Translations under genes and position numbers: made by a program
Origin: Eubacteriales bacterium
Lineage (GTDB): Bacteria; Bacillota; Clostridia; Oscillospirales; CAG-272
DNA: 64,000 nucleotides
Reading direction: 5' to 3'
NCBI GenBank assembly: GCA_045543955.1
Contig: JAZPYB010000009.1
Span: 1,420 to 65,419 of the forward strand
The notes under the pieces: model-generated
The model's input: the letters and a program-made list of their open reading frames with translations, nothing else
Told to the model about the DNA's origin: nothing
The model's database searches: none
Part shown: piece by piece, positions 48,020 to 57,995 of the stretch
Numbering within the stretch: the stretch's first letter is position 1
Layout: each line of letters begins with the position of its first letter

Positions 48020-48044
48020 AAAGGGTACGCTCGCGTACCCTTTT
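48020..48044 (-). terminator. intrinsic terminator for the convergent oxidoreductase gene
   Basis: GGGTACGC-GA-GCGTACCC with T5 on the minus strand. Confidence 0.7.
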
Positions 48045-48046
48045 TA

Positions 48047-49096
48047 TTAATATTCAAATTTAACTGTTTGACCAAGCTCAGCTGATTTAAATGCGTATTC
48101 CATAATTTTCATATCAAGACGCATTTGGTCGTGAGTAACATTTTGAGTAGCCTTGCCATCAATAGCTTGACAGAAGTTGCGATAAAAGTCGTGCACATCG
48201 CTCTTTGGAATTTCAAGCTCGTAGGTATCAAGTGTAATGCTATCACGTGGAGCCATAGTCTTTGTAAGACCTGCCGCGGTTTGAACTGGCAAAACATCGT
48301 TTTCATGCCAATATTTACACTTAGCAACCTGTGCCTTTTCTCTCCAGTCAACGATAAGAGCAGAGCCCTTTTCCGCTTTCATATAGAATCTTGGAAGCAC
48401 AATAAAGTTGTAAGTGCCAACCTCAACGAAAGCAACCTTGCCACTCTTAAATTTGATTGTAAGATAAAATCCGTCATCAACCTCTTTGTTGGTAATGTTA
48501 GTTACCTCGCAGTTGATGGTGTCAATTTCTTCATTTTTATATATAAGCATAAGCTGGTCGATAAGATGAATACCCCAGTCGAGTATCATACCACCACCGT
48601 GCTCCTTTTCGCCTCTCCAGTCAGAAGGAATGCCGCGTGAACCGTGAATTCTTGATTCAATTCTTAAAGGTGCACCAATCTCGCCAGAGTCAGCTAATTG
48701 TTGCATAGCAAGATAGTCAACGTCCCAGCGTCTGTTTTGGTGAACTGTAAATAGCTTTCCACTCTTTTTGGAAGCCTCAATCATCTCTTCAAGGTCAGAT
48801 GAGGAAAGAGCCACAGGCTTTTCACAAATAACATGCTTTCCACCTAAAAGGCATTTAACAACGGTCTCAAGATGCACATCATTTGGAATAGCTATGGTAA
48901 CTATTTCAACACTTTTATCATTAATAAGCTCATCAAGAGAAGAGTAGGAATGAATGCCTAAGCTCTTAGCCTTTTCCTGCTTCTCAGGGTCAATGTCATA
49001 AATACCAGCTAGCTCTAAAACATCACTCTTTAGCGCGTGGTTAACGTGCCAAGAGCCCATTCCACCAAAGCCGATAATTGCAATTTTCTTTTTCAT
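48047..49096 (-). CDS. Gfo/Idh/MocA family oxidoreductase
   Basis: Rossmann N-terminus KIAIIGFGGMGSWH and EKP motif. Confidence 0.85.
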   Translation of the reverse strand: MKKKIAIIGFGGMGSWHVNHALKSDVLELAGIYDIDPEKQEKAKSLGIHSYSSLDELINDKSVEIVTIAIPNDVHLETVVKCLLGGKHVICEKPVALSSSDLEEMIEASKKSGKLFTVHQNRRWDVDYLAMQQLADSGEIGAPLRIESRIHGSRGIPSDWRGEKEHGGGMILDWGIHLIDQLMLIYKNEEIDTINCEVTNITNKEVDDGFYLTIKFKSGKVAFVEVGTYNFIVLPRFYMKAEKGSALIVDWREKAQVAKCKYWHENDVLPVQTAAGLTKTMAPRDSITLDTYELEIPKSDVHDFYRNFCQAIDGKATQNVTHDQMRLDMKIMEYAFKSAELGQTVKFEY

Positions 49097-49245
49097 AATG
49101 TACCTCGTTCAATTAGAAAAATTACATTACCACTATTATATCAAATATAATTAAAAAGTCAAGTATTATAATAAAAAAAGAGGAACTGCATTTTACAATT
49201 CCTCTTGTATTTTGTTTTTGGTTATGCCATAATATGGCAACCCAC

Positions 49246-50358
49246 TTAGTGAATAATGTATCTTTGAGTATCCTTATCAAATAAGTGAATTCTACCAGCT
49301 TCAACAGCAACTTGAATCTTGTCGCCAGCGCGAGCTTGTGAACGGGATGAAACCTTAGCGATAGCATTTTGCTCACCGATATTGATGTAGAGGTAAATCT
49401 CAGCACCCATAAGCTCTGTGATTTCAACATCAACGTCGATAACATTTTCAGGCATTGTGGAGAGGTAGATTGGCTCGTCGTGAATGCACTCAGGACGGAT
49501 ACCGGCAATAACCTCCTTGCCGATGTAATCAGTAAGAGCAGGGTCAGCAGCCTTTTCAGCTGGCAACTTGAGTGAGTTACCCTCGAATGAAACGTAAAGA
49601 CCGTCATCCTTCTTTTCAAGAACAGCATTGATAAAGTTCATTTGAGGTGTGCCGATAAATCCAGCAACGAACATATTAACTGGCTTATCATAAAGTGTTT
49701 GAGGAGAATCAACCTGTTGAATAAGACCATCCTTCATAACAACGATACGAGTAGCCATTGTCATAGCCTCAACCTGGTCGTGAGTTACGTATACGAATGT
49801 TGTACCAACGCGCTTATGTATCTTTGTAAGCTCAGTTCTCATTGTTGCACGGAGCTTAGCATCAAGGTTTGAAAGAGGCTCGTCAAGCAAGAATACCTTA
49901 GGATTTCTAACGATAGCACGACCGAGCGCAACACGCTGCTTCTGACCACCTGACATAGCCTTTGGCTTTCTGTCAAGCAAGTGAGTGATGCCGAGGATTT
50001 CAGCAGCCTCTTCAACACGGCGCTTGATTTCTTCCTTTGGAGTTTTACGAAGCTTAAGACCGAATGCCATGTTTTCGTAAACTGTCATATGAGGATAAAG
50101 AGCGTAGTTTTGGAAAACCATCGCGATATCTCTGTCTTTAGGTGCAATATCGTTCATTAGCTTGTCGCCGATATATAGTTCACCCTCGGTAATTTCCTCA
50201 AGTCCTGCAATCATACGAAGGGTGGTTGATTTACCACATCCAGAAGGACCAACGAAGATAATAAATTCCTTATCTTGAATTTCAAGACAGAAGTCGGAAA
50301 CGGCAGTAACGCCACCTGGGTATTTTTTGTAAATGTGTTTAAGTGATAAACTAGCCAT
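49246..50358 (-). CDS. sugar ABC transporter ATP-binding protein (MsmK/MsmX/UgpC-like), stand-alone
   Basis: Trimmed to MASLSLKHIYKKY. GPSGCGKST, LSGGQRQR-like MSGGQKQR, and a C-terminal TOBE-like domain. No permease genes adjacent. Confidence 0.9.
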   Translation of the reverse strand: MASLSLKHIYKKYPGGVTAVSDFCLEIQDKEFIIFVGPSGCGKSTTLRMIAGLEEITEGELYIGDKLMNDIAPKDRDIAMVFQNYALYPHMTVYENMAFGLKLRKTPKEEIKRRVEEAAEILGITHLLDRKPKAMSGGQKQRVALGRAIVRNPKVFLLDEPLSNLDAKLRATMRTELTKIHKRVGTTFVYVTHDQVEAMTMATRIVVMKDGLIQQVDSPQTLYDKPVNMFVAGFIGTPQMNFINAVLEKKDDGLYVSFEGNSLKLPAEKAADPALTDYIGKEVIAGIRPECIHDEPIYLSTMPENVIDVDVEITELMGAEIYLYINIGEQNAIAKVSSRSQARAGDKIQVAVEAGRIHLFDKDTQRYIIH

Positions 50359-50603
50359 TGTTTGAATTTCTCCTTGCTTTTTGGGCATTAAATTGAGCAT
50401 CAACCGGAAAAGTTGACACAATTATTTTATTTTACAATAATTATTATAACAGAAACTGATATAAATTTAAATATCTTTTTTTAACAAAAATTATAAATGT
50501 GATTTGTGCAAATTATACAAAAATGGAGTTTTTTGTTTGATTTTGCACAAAAAAGCAGTTCTTAATTTGTTCAAAATGTTCAATTCAAGCTCGAAAAGTA
50601 TAA

Positions 50604-52766
50604 TTACATCTTCATTGTCAAGCTGATACGCTTTTTGTTTAGGTCAACGCCCTTAATTTTAACTGTTACTATATCGCCAACGCTGAGAGCCTCGCTTGGA
50701 TGCTTGATGTACTTTTCGGAAATTTCTGAAATGTGTACCAAGCCGTCTTGGTGAACACCGATATCAACGAAGGCACCAAAGTCAATAACGTTACGAACGG
50801 TACCGGTCATCACCATACCCTCCTTTAAGTCCTCCATACCGAGAACATCATCACGGAGAATAGGAAGTGGGAGTGAATCACGTACGTCACGACCTGGCTT
50901 TTCAAGCTCGCCAATGATGTCAAGCAAGGTTGGTTCGCCAATTTCAAGCTCCTCTGCTAGCTTCTTTGTGCCATATTTAGCGCACTTTGCACGTAGGTCG
51001 GAAAGACCCGAGCCAACGGACTCAAGTGTGTATTCAAACTTTTCAAGTAGCTTCTTAGCAGCCTCATAGGACTCTGGGTGTACGCCTGTGTTGTCAAGGA
51101 TTTCCTTTGAGTCAGGAACACGCAAGAATCCTGCACATTGCTCATATGCCTTAGCACCAATCTTTGGCACCTTTAGAAGCTCATTTCTCTTAGTGAATTC
51201 GCCGTTTTCCTCGCGGTATTTAACAATATTTTTAGCGCTTGTCATATTAATACCGGAAATGTAGGAAAGCAGAGAATATGATGCAGTATTTACGTCAACA
51301 CCAATTTTGTTAACGCAGTCCTCAACAACGCCACCAAGAGCCTCGTCAAGTCTAGCTGGCTTCATATCGTGCTGATATTGACCAACACCGATAGATTTAG
51401 GGTCAATCTTAACAAGCTCTGCAAGCGGGTCTTGGAGACGTCTTGCGATTGAAACTGCTGAACGTTGAGTAACGTCGAAGTCAGGAAATTCCTCAGCACC
51501 TAGCTTAGATGCAGAGTAAACTGAAGCACCAGCCTCGCTAACCATAATATATTTTTTATCGCCCTCGATTTCCTTTAAAACGCCGGCAATAAAGATTTCA
51601 CTTTCCTTAGATGCAGTACCATTACCGATAGCAACAACATCAACGCCGTATCTCTTTATAAGTCTTGTAACAATAGCCTTTGAGCCTTCAATGTCCTCAC
51701 GTGGCTTTGTTGGGAAGATAACTGCAGTATCAATAACCTTACCGGTCTTATCAACAACCGCAAGCTTACAACCGGTACGGTAGCCGGGGTCGTAGCCAAG
51801 AACGGTTTTGCCCTTTAGAGGTGCGCCCATAAGTAGGTTCTTTAGGTTATCGGAGAATAGCTTAATAGCGCCCTCGCTTGCGTTGTCAAATAAATCGGTT
51901 CTAATTTCTCTTTCAACTGAAGGAGCAATAAGTCTGTCGTAGCCGTCTATGATAGACTCTGTAATATAAGCCTTGGCTGGACTAGCCGAGCTTACAAGAA
52001 GCTGTGAATATAGATAATTAAGAATAATTTCGGAGTCGATTTGAACACTAACCTTTAAAAATTCTTCCTTTTCGCCTCTGTTGATAGCCAAAACTCTGTG
52101 CCCAGGAATCTTCTTAACGCTCTCGTTATAGTCGTAGTAGGAGCTATAAACCGAGTCCTCGTCCTTTGCTTGCTTAGAAACGATAAGACCGTGCTCGGTA
52201 GTCAAGGCTCTAATTGCCTTACGGAAATCAGCATTGTCGGAAATGTCCTCGGCGATAATGTCCTTAGCGCCTGCGATTGCATCCTCAGCGGTTTTAACGT
52301 GGAGCTTTTTGTCCTCAGCCTCGGTTGTAACAAAATCCTTTGCTACCTCCTCAATGCTTGGCTCATAAGACTCTCTTTGCTCCATAATGAGATTAGCAAG
52401 TGGTTCAAGCCCCTTCTTTCTTGCAAGAGAAGCACGTGTCTCTCTCTTTGGCTTGTATGGACGGTAAATATCTTCAACCTCGGTAATTGTTTGTGCCTTT
52501 TCAAGAGCTTCAACAATTTCGGGGGTAAGCTTGCCTTGACCTTCAATAAGGGAAGCAACCTCGCTCTTTCTGGTTTCTAGATTTCTTAGGTATTTAAGAC
52601 GGTCGTCAAGGTCACGTAAAACAGTATCATCAAGTGAGCCTGTAACCTCTTTTCTATAACGTGCGATAAAAGGAATTGTGTTGCCGTCGTCGATAAGTCC
52701 AACAGTTGCTTCAACTTGACTTACCTTTAGTGAAAATTCTTTAGCTAGTGTTTCAATAATGTTCAT
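50604..52766 (-). CDS. Tex-like transcription accessory protein (YqgF/HhH/S1 domains)
   Basis: Trimmed to MNIIETLAKEF. IPFIARYRKE motif and a C-terminal S1 domain (GMVMTGTVRNVIDFGAFVDIG). Confidence 0.9.
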   Translation of the reverse strand: MNIIETLAKEFSLKVSQVEATVGLIDDGNTIPFIARYRKEVTGSLDDTVLRDLDDRLKYLRNLETRKSEVASLIEGQGKLTPEIVEALEKAQTITEVEDIYRPYKPKRETRASLARKKGLEPLANLIMEQRESYEPSIEEVAKDFVTTEAEDKKLHVKTAEDAIAGAKDIIAEDISDNADFRKAIRALTTEHGLIVSKQAKDEDSVYSSYYDYNESVKKIPGHRVLAINRGEKEEFLKVSVQIDSEIILNYLYSQLLVSSASPAKAYITESIIDGYDRLIAPSVEREIRTDLFDNASEGAIKLFSDNLKNLLMGAPLKGKTVLGYDPGYRTGCKLAVVDKTGKVIDTAVIFPTKPREDIEGSKAIVTRLIKRYGVDVVAIGNGTASKESEIFIAGVLKEIEGDKKYIMVSEAGASVYSASKLGAEEFPDFDVTQRSAVSIARRLQDPLAELVKIDPKSIGVGQYQHDMKPARLDEALGGVVEDCVNKIGVDVNTASYSLLSYISGINMTSAKNIVKYREENGEFTKRNELLKVPKIGAKAYEQCAGFLRVPDSKEILDNTGVHPESYEAAKKLLEKFEYTLESVGSGLSDLRAKCAKYGTKKLAEELEIGEPTLLDIIGELEKPGRDVRDSLPLPILRDDVLGMEDLKEGMVMTGTVRNVIDFGAFVDIGVHQDGLVHISEISEKYIKHPSEALSVGDIVTVKIKGVDLNKKRISLTMKM

Positions 52767-52822
52767 TTTGTTCTCCGATATTTTGATACATAGATTTTGA
52801 TACATAAATTTTTGTTGCGTTT

Positions 52823-53875
52823 TTATTCGGTTATACAGTCCTTAACAAAGTAACAGCCTGTATGTGCGTTATTTCCATATTTATCTCTTACAGTAATACG
52901 GAAATAAACCTCGTTTTTGTCAAGAGGAAACTCTGCGTGTGTGATTTCCTTGCCATTTGGGTCATCGAAAAATCTATAAGCTCTTGCATAACCGTTTAAA
53001 AAAACAGTCACAGCAGGGGAGCAGTCCACCTTGATTATATTGTCCTCAACATAAAGGGAATGAATTAGAGGTGGGTTTTCACGTCCGCTGGTTGAGTAAA
53101 CGTGACCCTTTTCCATAGCCTCAACAATCTGGTCGTACTTTAATTCCTTTGCGCCAATCATTGTTGAGCCCCCAAAGGAGTGAGATACTGATTTGCCTCT
53201 ATTGTGGTTGTCATCTCCCATAGTAGGAAGAAGCTTATACATTCCATTTGCAACCATCTCGTCGTATATGTAAGGGCAGTATTCCTTACCGGTTATGCGC
53301 TCGGTTGCGTAGTTTAAAATTTCAAGCGACCAAAGCCCCTTTAAATTGAGATAAAGGTCTTTATCGTTAAGCGACCACGCAGGATGGTTATATTGAACCA
53401 AAAATCCCGCTTCGTTTGCTCGTCTTATGGTTTCATTTATGCTTTCAAGCGCGTATTCACGCCTATAGCCGTCGCATTTGCCAAGCCCCTTGTATTTACC
53501 ATCACACGCCCACAAGGTGTCGTCGTGTGCAGCGGGCTGAAATTCATTGTGTGGGTCCTTAGAAAAGAGATTCATATGAATTACTCTTTTTCTTTGCCAG
53601 TCATTGACAGAGAAGTCGTTTCCCTTTTCTGGGTAGGTGGGCTCTGCCTCGTTTATAGAATATTCGGTAGCGGTAAGCGCCAAAAAGCTTTCGTCATTCA
53701 AATCAGAATGGTCCAAAAGAATCTCGTGGTCGGTGTAGGCAACTATTGAGTAGCCTTGAGCCTTGTATGCCTCCTTAACCTCCTCGGGTGTTAAATTTCC
53801 GTCGGAAATTGTGGTGTGGCAGTGCAAATTTGCTCTATACCAATTCACATTTTCGGGTAAAAGATATTTTTTCAT
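52823..53875 (-). CDS. PHP domain-containing metallophosphoesterase-like protein (paralog 1)
   Basis: NWYRANLHCHTTISDG (HxH), AYTDH and GDDNHN motifs. Confidence 0.7.
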   Translation of the reverse strand: MKKYLLPENVNWYRANLHCHTTISDGNLTPEEVKEAYKAQGYSIVAYTDHEILLDHSDLNDESFLALTATEYSINEAEPTYPEKGNDFSVNDWQRKRVIHMNLFSKDPHNEFQPAAHDDTLWACDGKYKGLGKCDGYRREYALESINETIRRANEAGFLVQYNHPAWSLNDKDLYLNLKGLWSLEILNYATERITGKEYCPYIYDEMVANGMYKLLPTMGDDNHNRGKSVSHSFGGSTMIGAKELKYDQIVEAMEKGHVYSTSGRENPPLIHSLYVEDNIIKVDCSPAVTVFLNGYARAYRFFDDPNGKEITHAEFPLDKNEVYFRITVRDKYGNNAHTGCYFVKDCITE

Positions 53876-53884
53876 AGGAGCCTC

Positions 53885-54931
53885 TTATTTTTCAAGATAA
53901 TCCTTTACAAAATAATTGTGTGTATGCGCTACATTTCCATACTTATCGCGCAAGGTAACACGGAAATATACATCACTTTCACGTAGAGGAAATTCTGCGT
54001 GAGTCAAATCCTTTTCGCCGTCTTGTCTTGTTATGTGTCTGTCAGCGCGACCGTAGCCGTTTATACAGATGTTTTCACAAGGAGTGCAATCGATTTTAAT
54101 CATATTGTCCTCAACATAAAGAGCTAAAAATTGAGGTGGGTTATCGCGGCCGGATGCGCAGTAAATATTACCCTTTTCCATAGCCTCGATAATTTGGTCG
54201 TACTTTAATTCCTTAGCGCCGATAAATGTTGAACCACCAAACGACTCACGAAGCCCTGCGTGGTTATGGTTGTCGTCACCCATTGTACAAACGAGATTAT
54301 ACATACCATTTCTTGTCATATCATCGTAGATGTAAGGACAATATTCGCTACCGGTTTCAAGCTCGGTTGCGTAGTTTAATATTTCAAGGCCCCAAAGTCC
54401 TTTCATATTTATATAGTCCTCTCGCTCGTTTAAAGACCAGTATGGATGGTTAAGCTGAACCAAGAAGCCTGCATCATTACAGCGCTTGATTATTTCGTTT
54501 AAGCCGTCCTTTGAATATTCACGGAAGTAGCCGTCGCATTTAGTGTCTGGATAGCGGTCCTTCAAAATCCATTGCTGCTCAATAGCAGTTGCGGGCATAA
54601 AGGTATTGTGCTGTTCCTTTGCGAATATATTTAAATGAACGCATTTTTTACGTACCCAGTCATTTGTTTCAACATCAAATATTTTTGGAAACTGAGGCTC
54701 TGCTTGGTTTATAGCATATTCACAGGATGTGAGCGCCAAAAATCCGTCATCATTTAGGTCTGAGTGGTCAAGCAAAACATCGTGGTCGGTATAAGCCACA
54801 ATAGAGTAGCCGTGATTCTTGTAAGCCTCTTTTACTTGCTCAGGCGTGTATGCGCCGTCTGAATGCTTTGTATGACAGTGGAAATTGGCTCTATACCAAT
54901 TTACGCCACTTGGAAGTAAATCCTTTTTCAT
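53885..54931 (-). CDS. PHP domain-containing metallophosphoesterase-like protein (paralog 2)
   Basis: By eye, roughly 60 percent identical to the downstream paralog over the full length. Confidence 0.7.
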   Translation of the reverse strand: MKKDLLPSGVNWYRANFHCHTKHSDGAYTPEQVKEAYKNHGYSIVAYTDHDVLLDHSDLNDDGFLALTSCEYAINQAEPQFPKIFDVETNDWVRKKCVHLNIFAKEQHNTFMPATAIEQQWILKDRYPDTKCDGYFREYSKDGLNEIIKRCNDAGFLVQLNHPYWSLNEREDYINMKGLWGLEILNYATELETGSEYCPYIYDDMTRNGMYNLVCTMGDDNHNHAGLRESFGGSTFIGAKELKYDQIIEAMEKGNIYCASGRDNPPQFLALYVEDNMIKIDCTPCENICINGYGRADRHITRQDGEKDLTHAEFPLRESDVYFRVTLRDKYGNVAHTHNYFVKDYLEK

Positions 54932-55626
54932 TTCTTAAATACGTCCTCCTCATCGGGTGTTAAATATCTCCACTCGCCACGCATAAGATTCGGGTCGAGC
55001 AAAATTGTACCAAAGCTAATTCTTTCAAGATAAGTGATTTTATTGTTAACCGATTCAAGCATACGCTTAATTTGATGGTATTTGCCCTCGGTTAAAGTTA
55101 TTTCGCCACTTGTTAAATTATTGTATAATTTAATTTTGCAGGGCTTGGTTAAATAGCCACCAATGTCAACTCCGCTCTCAAGTCTTGCAACATCGTCGCT
55201 TGAGAGAGGGAATTTAGATTCAAATTTATATACCTTTTCAACGTGATGCTTTGGGGAGAGCAGTCTGTGTGCGCCTTCGCCATCATTTGTCAAAATCACA
55301 AGCCCAAGCGTGTTTTTATCAAGCCTGCCACAAGGGAAAAGTCCCTTGCGCCTGTCCTCGTCGCTAACTAAATCTAAAACGGTTTTTTCTTTTTCGTCAT
55401 CGGTTGCTGACACATAGCCCTCTGGCTTATTTAACATAATGTAGGTAAATTTTTTGTATGTTAGCACCTCGCCGAAAAGTGAAACCTCGTCATTTTCGGG
55501 GTCAATCTTAAAATCAGGCTTTTTTACAATCTCGCCATTAACTGTAACCTTGCCCGAGCGGATAAGCTTGCCACCCTCTGAGCGTGTGGCTTTGCCCAGC
55601 TCACTTAAAAGCTTGTCAAGACGCAT
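54928..55626 (-). CDS. RsuA/RluB-family pseudouridine synthase with S4 domain
   Basis: Trimmed to MRLDKLLSELG, which follows GGGAGGAGA. Catalytic GRLDKNTLGL motif. 4-nt overlap with the next gene. Confidence 0.85.
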   Translation of the reverse strand: MRLDKLLSELGKATRSEGGKLIRSGKVTVNGEIVKKPDFKIDPENDEVSLFGEVLTYKKFTYIMLNKPEGYVSATDDEKEKTVLDLVSDEDRRKGLFPCGRLDKNTLGLVILTNDGEGAHRLLSPKHHVEKVYKFESKFPLSSDDVARLESGVDIGGYLTKPCKIKLYNNLTSGEITLTEGKYHQIKRMLESVNNKITYLERISFGTILLDPNLMRGEWRYLTPDEEDVFKK

Positions 55627-55775
55627 AAAGTCTCCTCCCAAAAAAATTCCATCTTGTATTATAACATATATAATATAAAAAGTAAATAAATTTTTATAAA
55701 TAATAACCAAAAAAATCACAAAATCTGTTCGTTTTTTAAAGTTAATTTCAAAAAATAAAAAATTTAATAAAAATG

Positions 55776-55804
55776 TTGATTTTAGTCGCTAAATACGATA
55801 TAAT
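55776..55804 (+). promoter_or_regulatory. sigma-A type promoter of the NifU-like/GGGtGRT pair
   Basis: TTGATT, 17 nt, TATAAT. Confidence 0.55.
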
Positions 55805-55840
55805 AGATACGGAAAAAATTTATTTCAAGGAGAAATACAT

Positions 55841-56533
55841 ATGATTTATTCACATGAAGTAGAACAAATGTGCTCCGTTGCCAAGGGACCAAAGCACGGT
55901 CCAGCTCCAATTCCAGAAGAGGGCAAATGGGTACAAGCAAAACAAATCACTGATATCTCTGGCTACACCCATGGTATCGGTTGGTGCGCACCACAACAAG
56001 GCGCATGCAAGCTTTCATTGAACGTTAAGGATGGCGTTATTGAGGAAGCACTTGTTGAAACAATCGGTTGTAGCGGTATGACACACTCTGCAGCTATGGC
56101 AGCAGAAATTCTCCCAGGCAAAACACTTCTTGAGGCTCTTAACACAGACCTAGTTTGTGATGCTATCAACACAGCTATGAGAGAGCTTTTCCTACAAATC
56201 GTTTATGGTAGAACACAATCTGCATTCTCCGAGGGTGGTCTTGTTATCGGTGCTGGTATGGAAGACCTTGGTAAGGGTGCTCGTTCAATGGTTGGTACAA
56301 TGTATGGTACAAAGGCTAAGGGCGTTAGATACCTCGAAATGACAGAGGGCTACTGCACAAGAATGGCTCTTGACAAGGACAACCAAGTTATCGGTTATGA
56401 ATTCGTTTCACTCGGCAAAATGACAGACTTCATTAAGAAGGGTATGGAGCCAAATGAAGCATACGAAAAATCAAAGGGTACATATGGTAGATTTGCAGAA
56501 GCAGACCACTATATCGACCCAAGAAAGCAATAA
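55841..56533 (+). CDS. NifU/IscU N-terminal-like scaffold-family protein
   Basis: GWCAPQQGAC and TIGCSGMTHSAAMAAEILPGKTLLEAL resemble IscU cysteine motifs. An extra ~100-aa C-terminal region. Confidence 0.6.
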   Translation: MIYSHEVEQMCSVAKGPKHGPAPIPEEGKWVQAKQITDISGYTHGIGWCAPQQGACKLSLNVKDGVIEEALVETIGCSGMTHSAAMAAEILPGKTLLEALNTDLVCDAINTAMRELFLQIVYGRTQSAFSEGGLVIGAGMEDLGKGARSMVGTMYGTKAKGVRYLEMTEGYCTRMALDKDNQVIGYEFVSLGKMTDFIKKGMEPNEAYEKSKGTYGRFAEADHYIDPRKQ

Positions 56534-56547
56534 GGAGGTAGAATATA

Positions 56548-57546
56548 ATGGCATTATTTGAAGGATACGAGCGCAGAGAAGCGAAGATTCTTGCTGCTCT
56601 TAAAGAATATGGTATCAATTCTATCGAGGAGTGTAAGGAAATTACACTTGCAAAGGGTATCGACTGCGATAAAATCGTAAGAGAAACTCAACCTATTTGC
56701 TTTGAAAATGCAGTTTGGGCTTACACAGTAGGCGCTGCAATCGCAATTAAGAAGGGCTGCACAAAGGCTGCTGATGCGGCTGCAGCTATCGGTATTGGTC
56801 TTCAAGCATTCTGTATCCCTGGCTCAGTAGCAGAGAACAGAAAGGTTGGTCTTGGCCACGGTAACCTCGGCAAAATGCTTCTTTCAGAAGAAACAGAGTG
56901 CTTCTGCTTCTTAGCTGGACACGAGTCATTCGCAGCAGCAGAGGGCGCTATCAAAATTGCTCTTAACGCTAATAAGGTTAGAGTTAAGCCACTTCGCGTT
57001 ATTCTTAACGGTCTTGGCAAGGACGCTGCTATGATTATTTCAAGAATCAACGGCTTTACATATGTTGAAACAGAGTTTGACCCATATGCAGAGGAAGTTA
57101 AAGTAATCTCTGAAACACCTTACTCAAACGGCCCAAGAGCTAACGTTAAGTGCTATGGCTCTGACAGCGTTCCAGAGGGCGTTGCAATTATGAGACTTGA
57201 AAACGTTGGTGTATCTATCACAGGTAACTCAACTAACCCAACAAGATTCCAACACCCAGTTGCTGGTACATATAAGAAATGGTGTAACGAAAACGGAGTT
57301 AACTACTTCTCAGTTGCATCAGGTGGTGGTACAGGTCGTACACTTCACCCAGATAATATGGCTGCTGGTCCTGCTTCCTACGGTATGACAGATACAATGG
57401 GTAGAATGCACGGCGACGCTCAATTCGCTGGCTCCTCATCCGTTCCTGCTCACGTAGAAATGATGGGTCTTATCGGCGCAGGTAACAACCCAATGGTTGG
57501 TATGACTGTTGCAGTTGCAGTTGCTGTTGAAGAAGCTTCAAAATAA
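56548..57546 (+). CDS. GGGtGRT-motif protein (uncharacterised family)
   Basis: Contains SGGGTGRT. The family name is recalled from NCBI family naming. Strong AAGGAGG RBS. Confidence 0.65.
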   Translation: MALFEGYERREAKILAALKEYGINSIEECKEITLAKGIDCDKIVRETQPICFENAVWAYTVGAAIAIKKGCTKAADAAAAIGIGLQAFCIPGSVAENRKVGLGHGNLGKMLLSEETECFCFLAGHESFAAAEGAIKIALNANKVRVKPLRVILNGLGKDAAMIISRINGFTYVETEFDPYAEEVKVISETPYSNGPRANVKCYGSDSVPEGVAIMRLENVGVSITGNSTNPTRFQHPVAGTYKKWCNENGVNYFSVASGGGTGRTLHPDNMAAGPASYGMTDTMGRMHGDAQFAGSSSVPAHVEMMGLIGAGNNPMVGMTVAVAVAVEEASK

Positions 57547-57664
57547 GAGGCTGTCAGATACGGGTAAAACCGAAATCACAAAGACAAAATAAGGGCTTTC
57601 CTAATTTAATATAGTAAGGGTGTGCATTGCACGCCCTTCTATTTATTTGAGCAGAATAAGGTAG

Positions 57665-57697
57665 AAAGCACACTAATATGTGCTTTTCTTTTTTTGT
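57665..57697 (+). terminator. intrinsic terminator after the GGGtGRT gene
   Basis: AAAGCACA-CTAATAT-GTGCTTT plus TCTTTTTTT. Confidence 0.75.
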
Positions 57698-57953
57698 GAT
57701 TTCTATACGCGACTATCGCTCCGACGTACGCAAGTACGCCTCTCGCTCAATTCGCGCATTTTTCCTCCGCTCTGAAGCCTCTTTGGGAGGATACAATATG
57801 TTTAGAACACTTTTCTGTTCTGTGTCCACTACTGTCCCTCTTGGCAAAGCTTTTCTGTCATTAAATCAAATAGCATATTACACATTAGAACCTTGTTACT
57901 CGCTAAGCTCGTATAATTGACCGAAAGAAACGAATAAACTAATAAAACAAAAA

Positions 57954-57985
57954 AGAGAGAGGCTTATCCTCTCCCTTTTTATTTT
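57954..57985. terminator. bidirectional terminator-like hairpin
   Basis: GAGAGAGG-CTTAT-CCTCTCCC with A and T flanks. Lies just downstream of the minus-strand gene that ends at 57996. Confidence 0.6.
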
Positions 57986-57995
57986 ATTGCATTTT

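Noticed and set aside
49122-49628. 168-aa ORF on the minus strand
   Set aside because: It overlaps the 3' part of the MsmK-like ATPase gene in another frame. It is low-complexity (L/S/T/K-rich) with no RBS, so I treat it as spurious.
57703-57759. 18-codon ORF MRELSERRTCVRRSDSRV with a GGAGG upstream
   Set aside because: The SD-to-ATG spacing is only 4 nt. The GGAGG belongs to a degenerate repeat hairpin, and I recognise no homologs. It is probably not a gene.
57678-57920. 80-aa plus-strand ORF after the GGGtGRT terminator
   Set aside because: It starts inside the terminator T-run, has no RBS, and spans the repeat-like patch and AT-rich spacer. I treat it as spurious.
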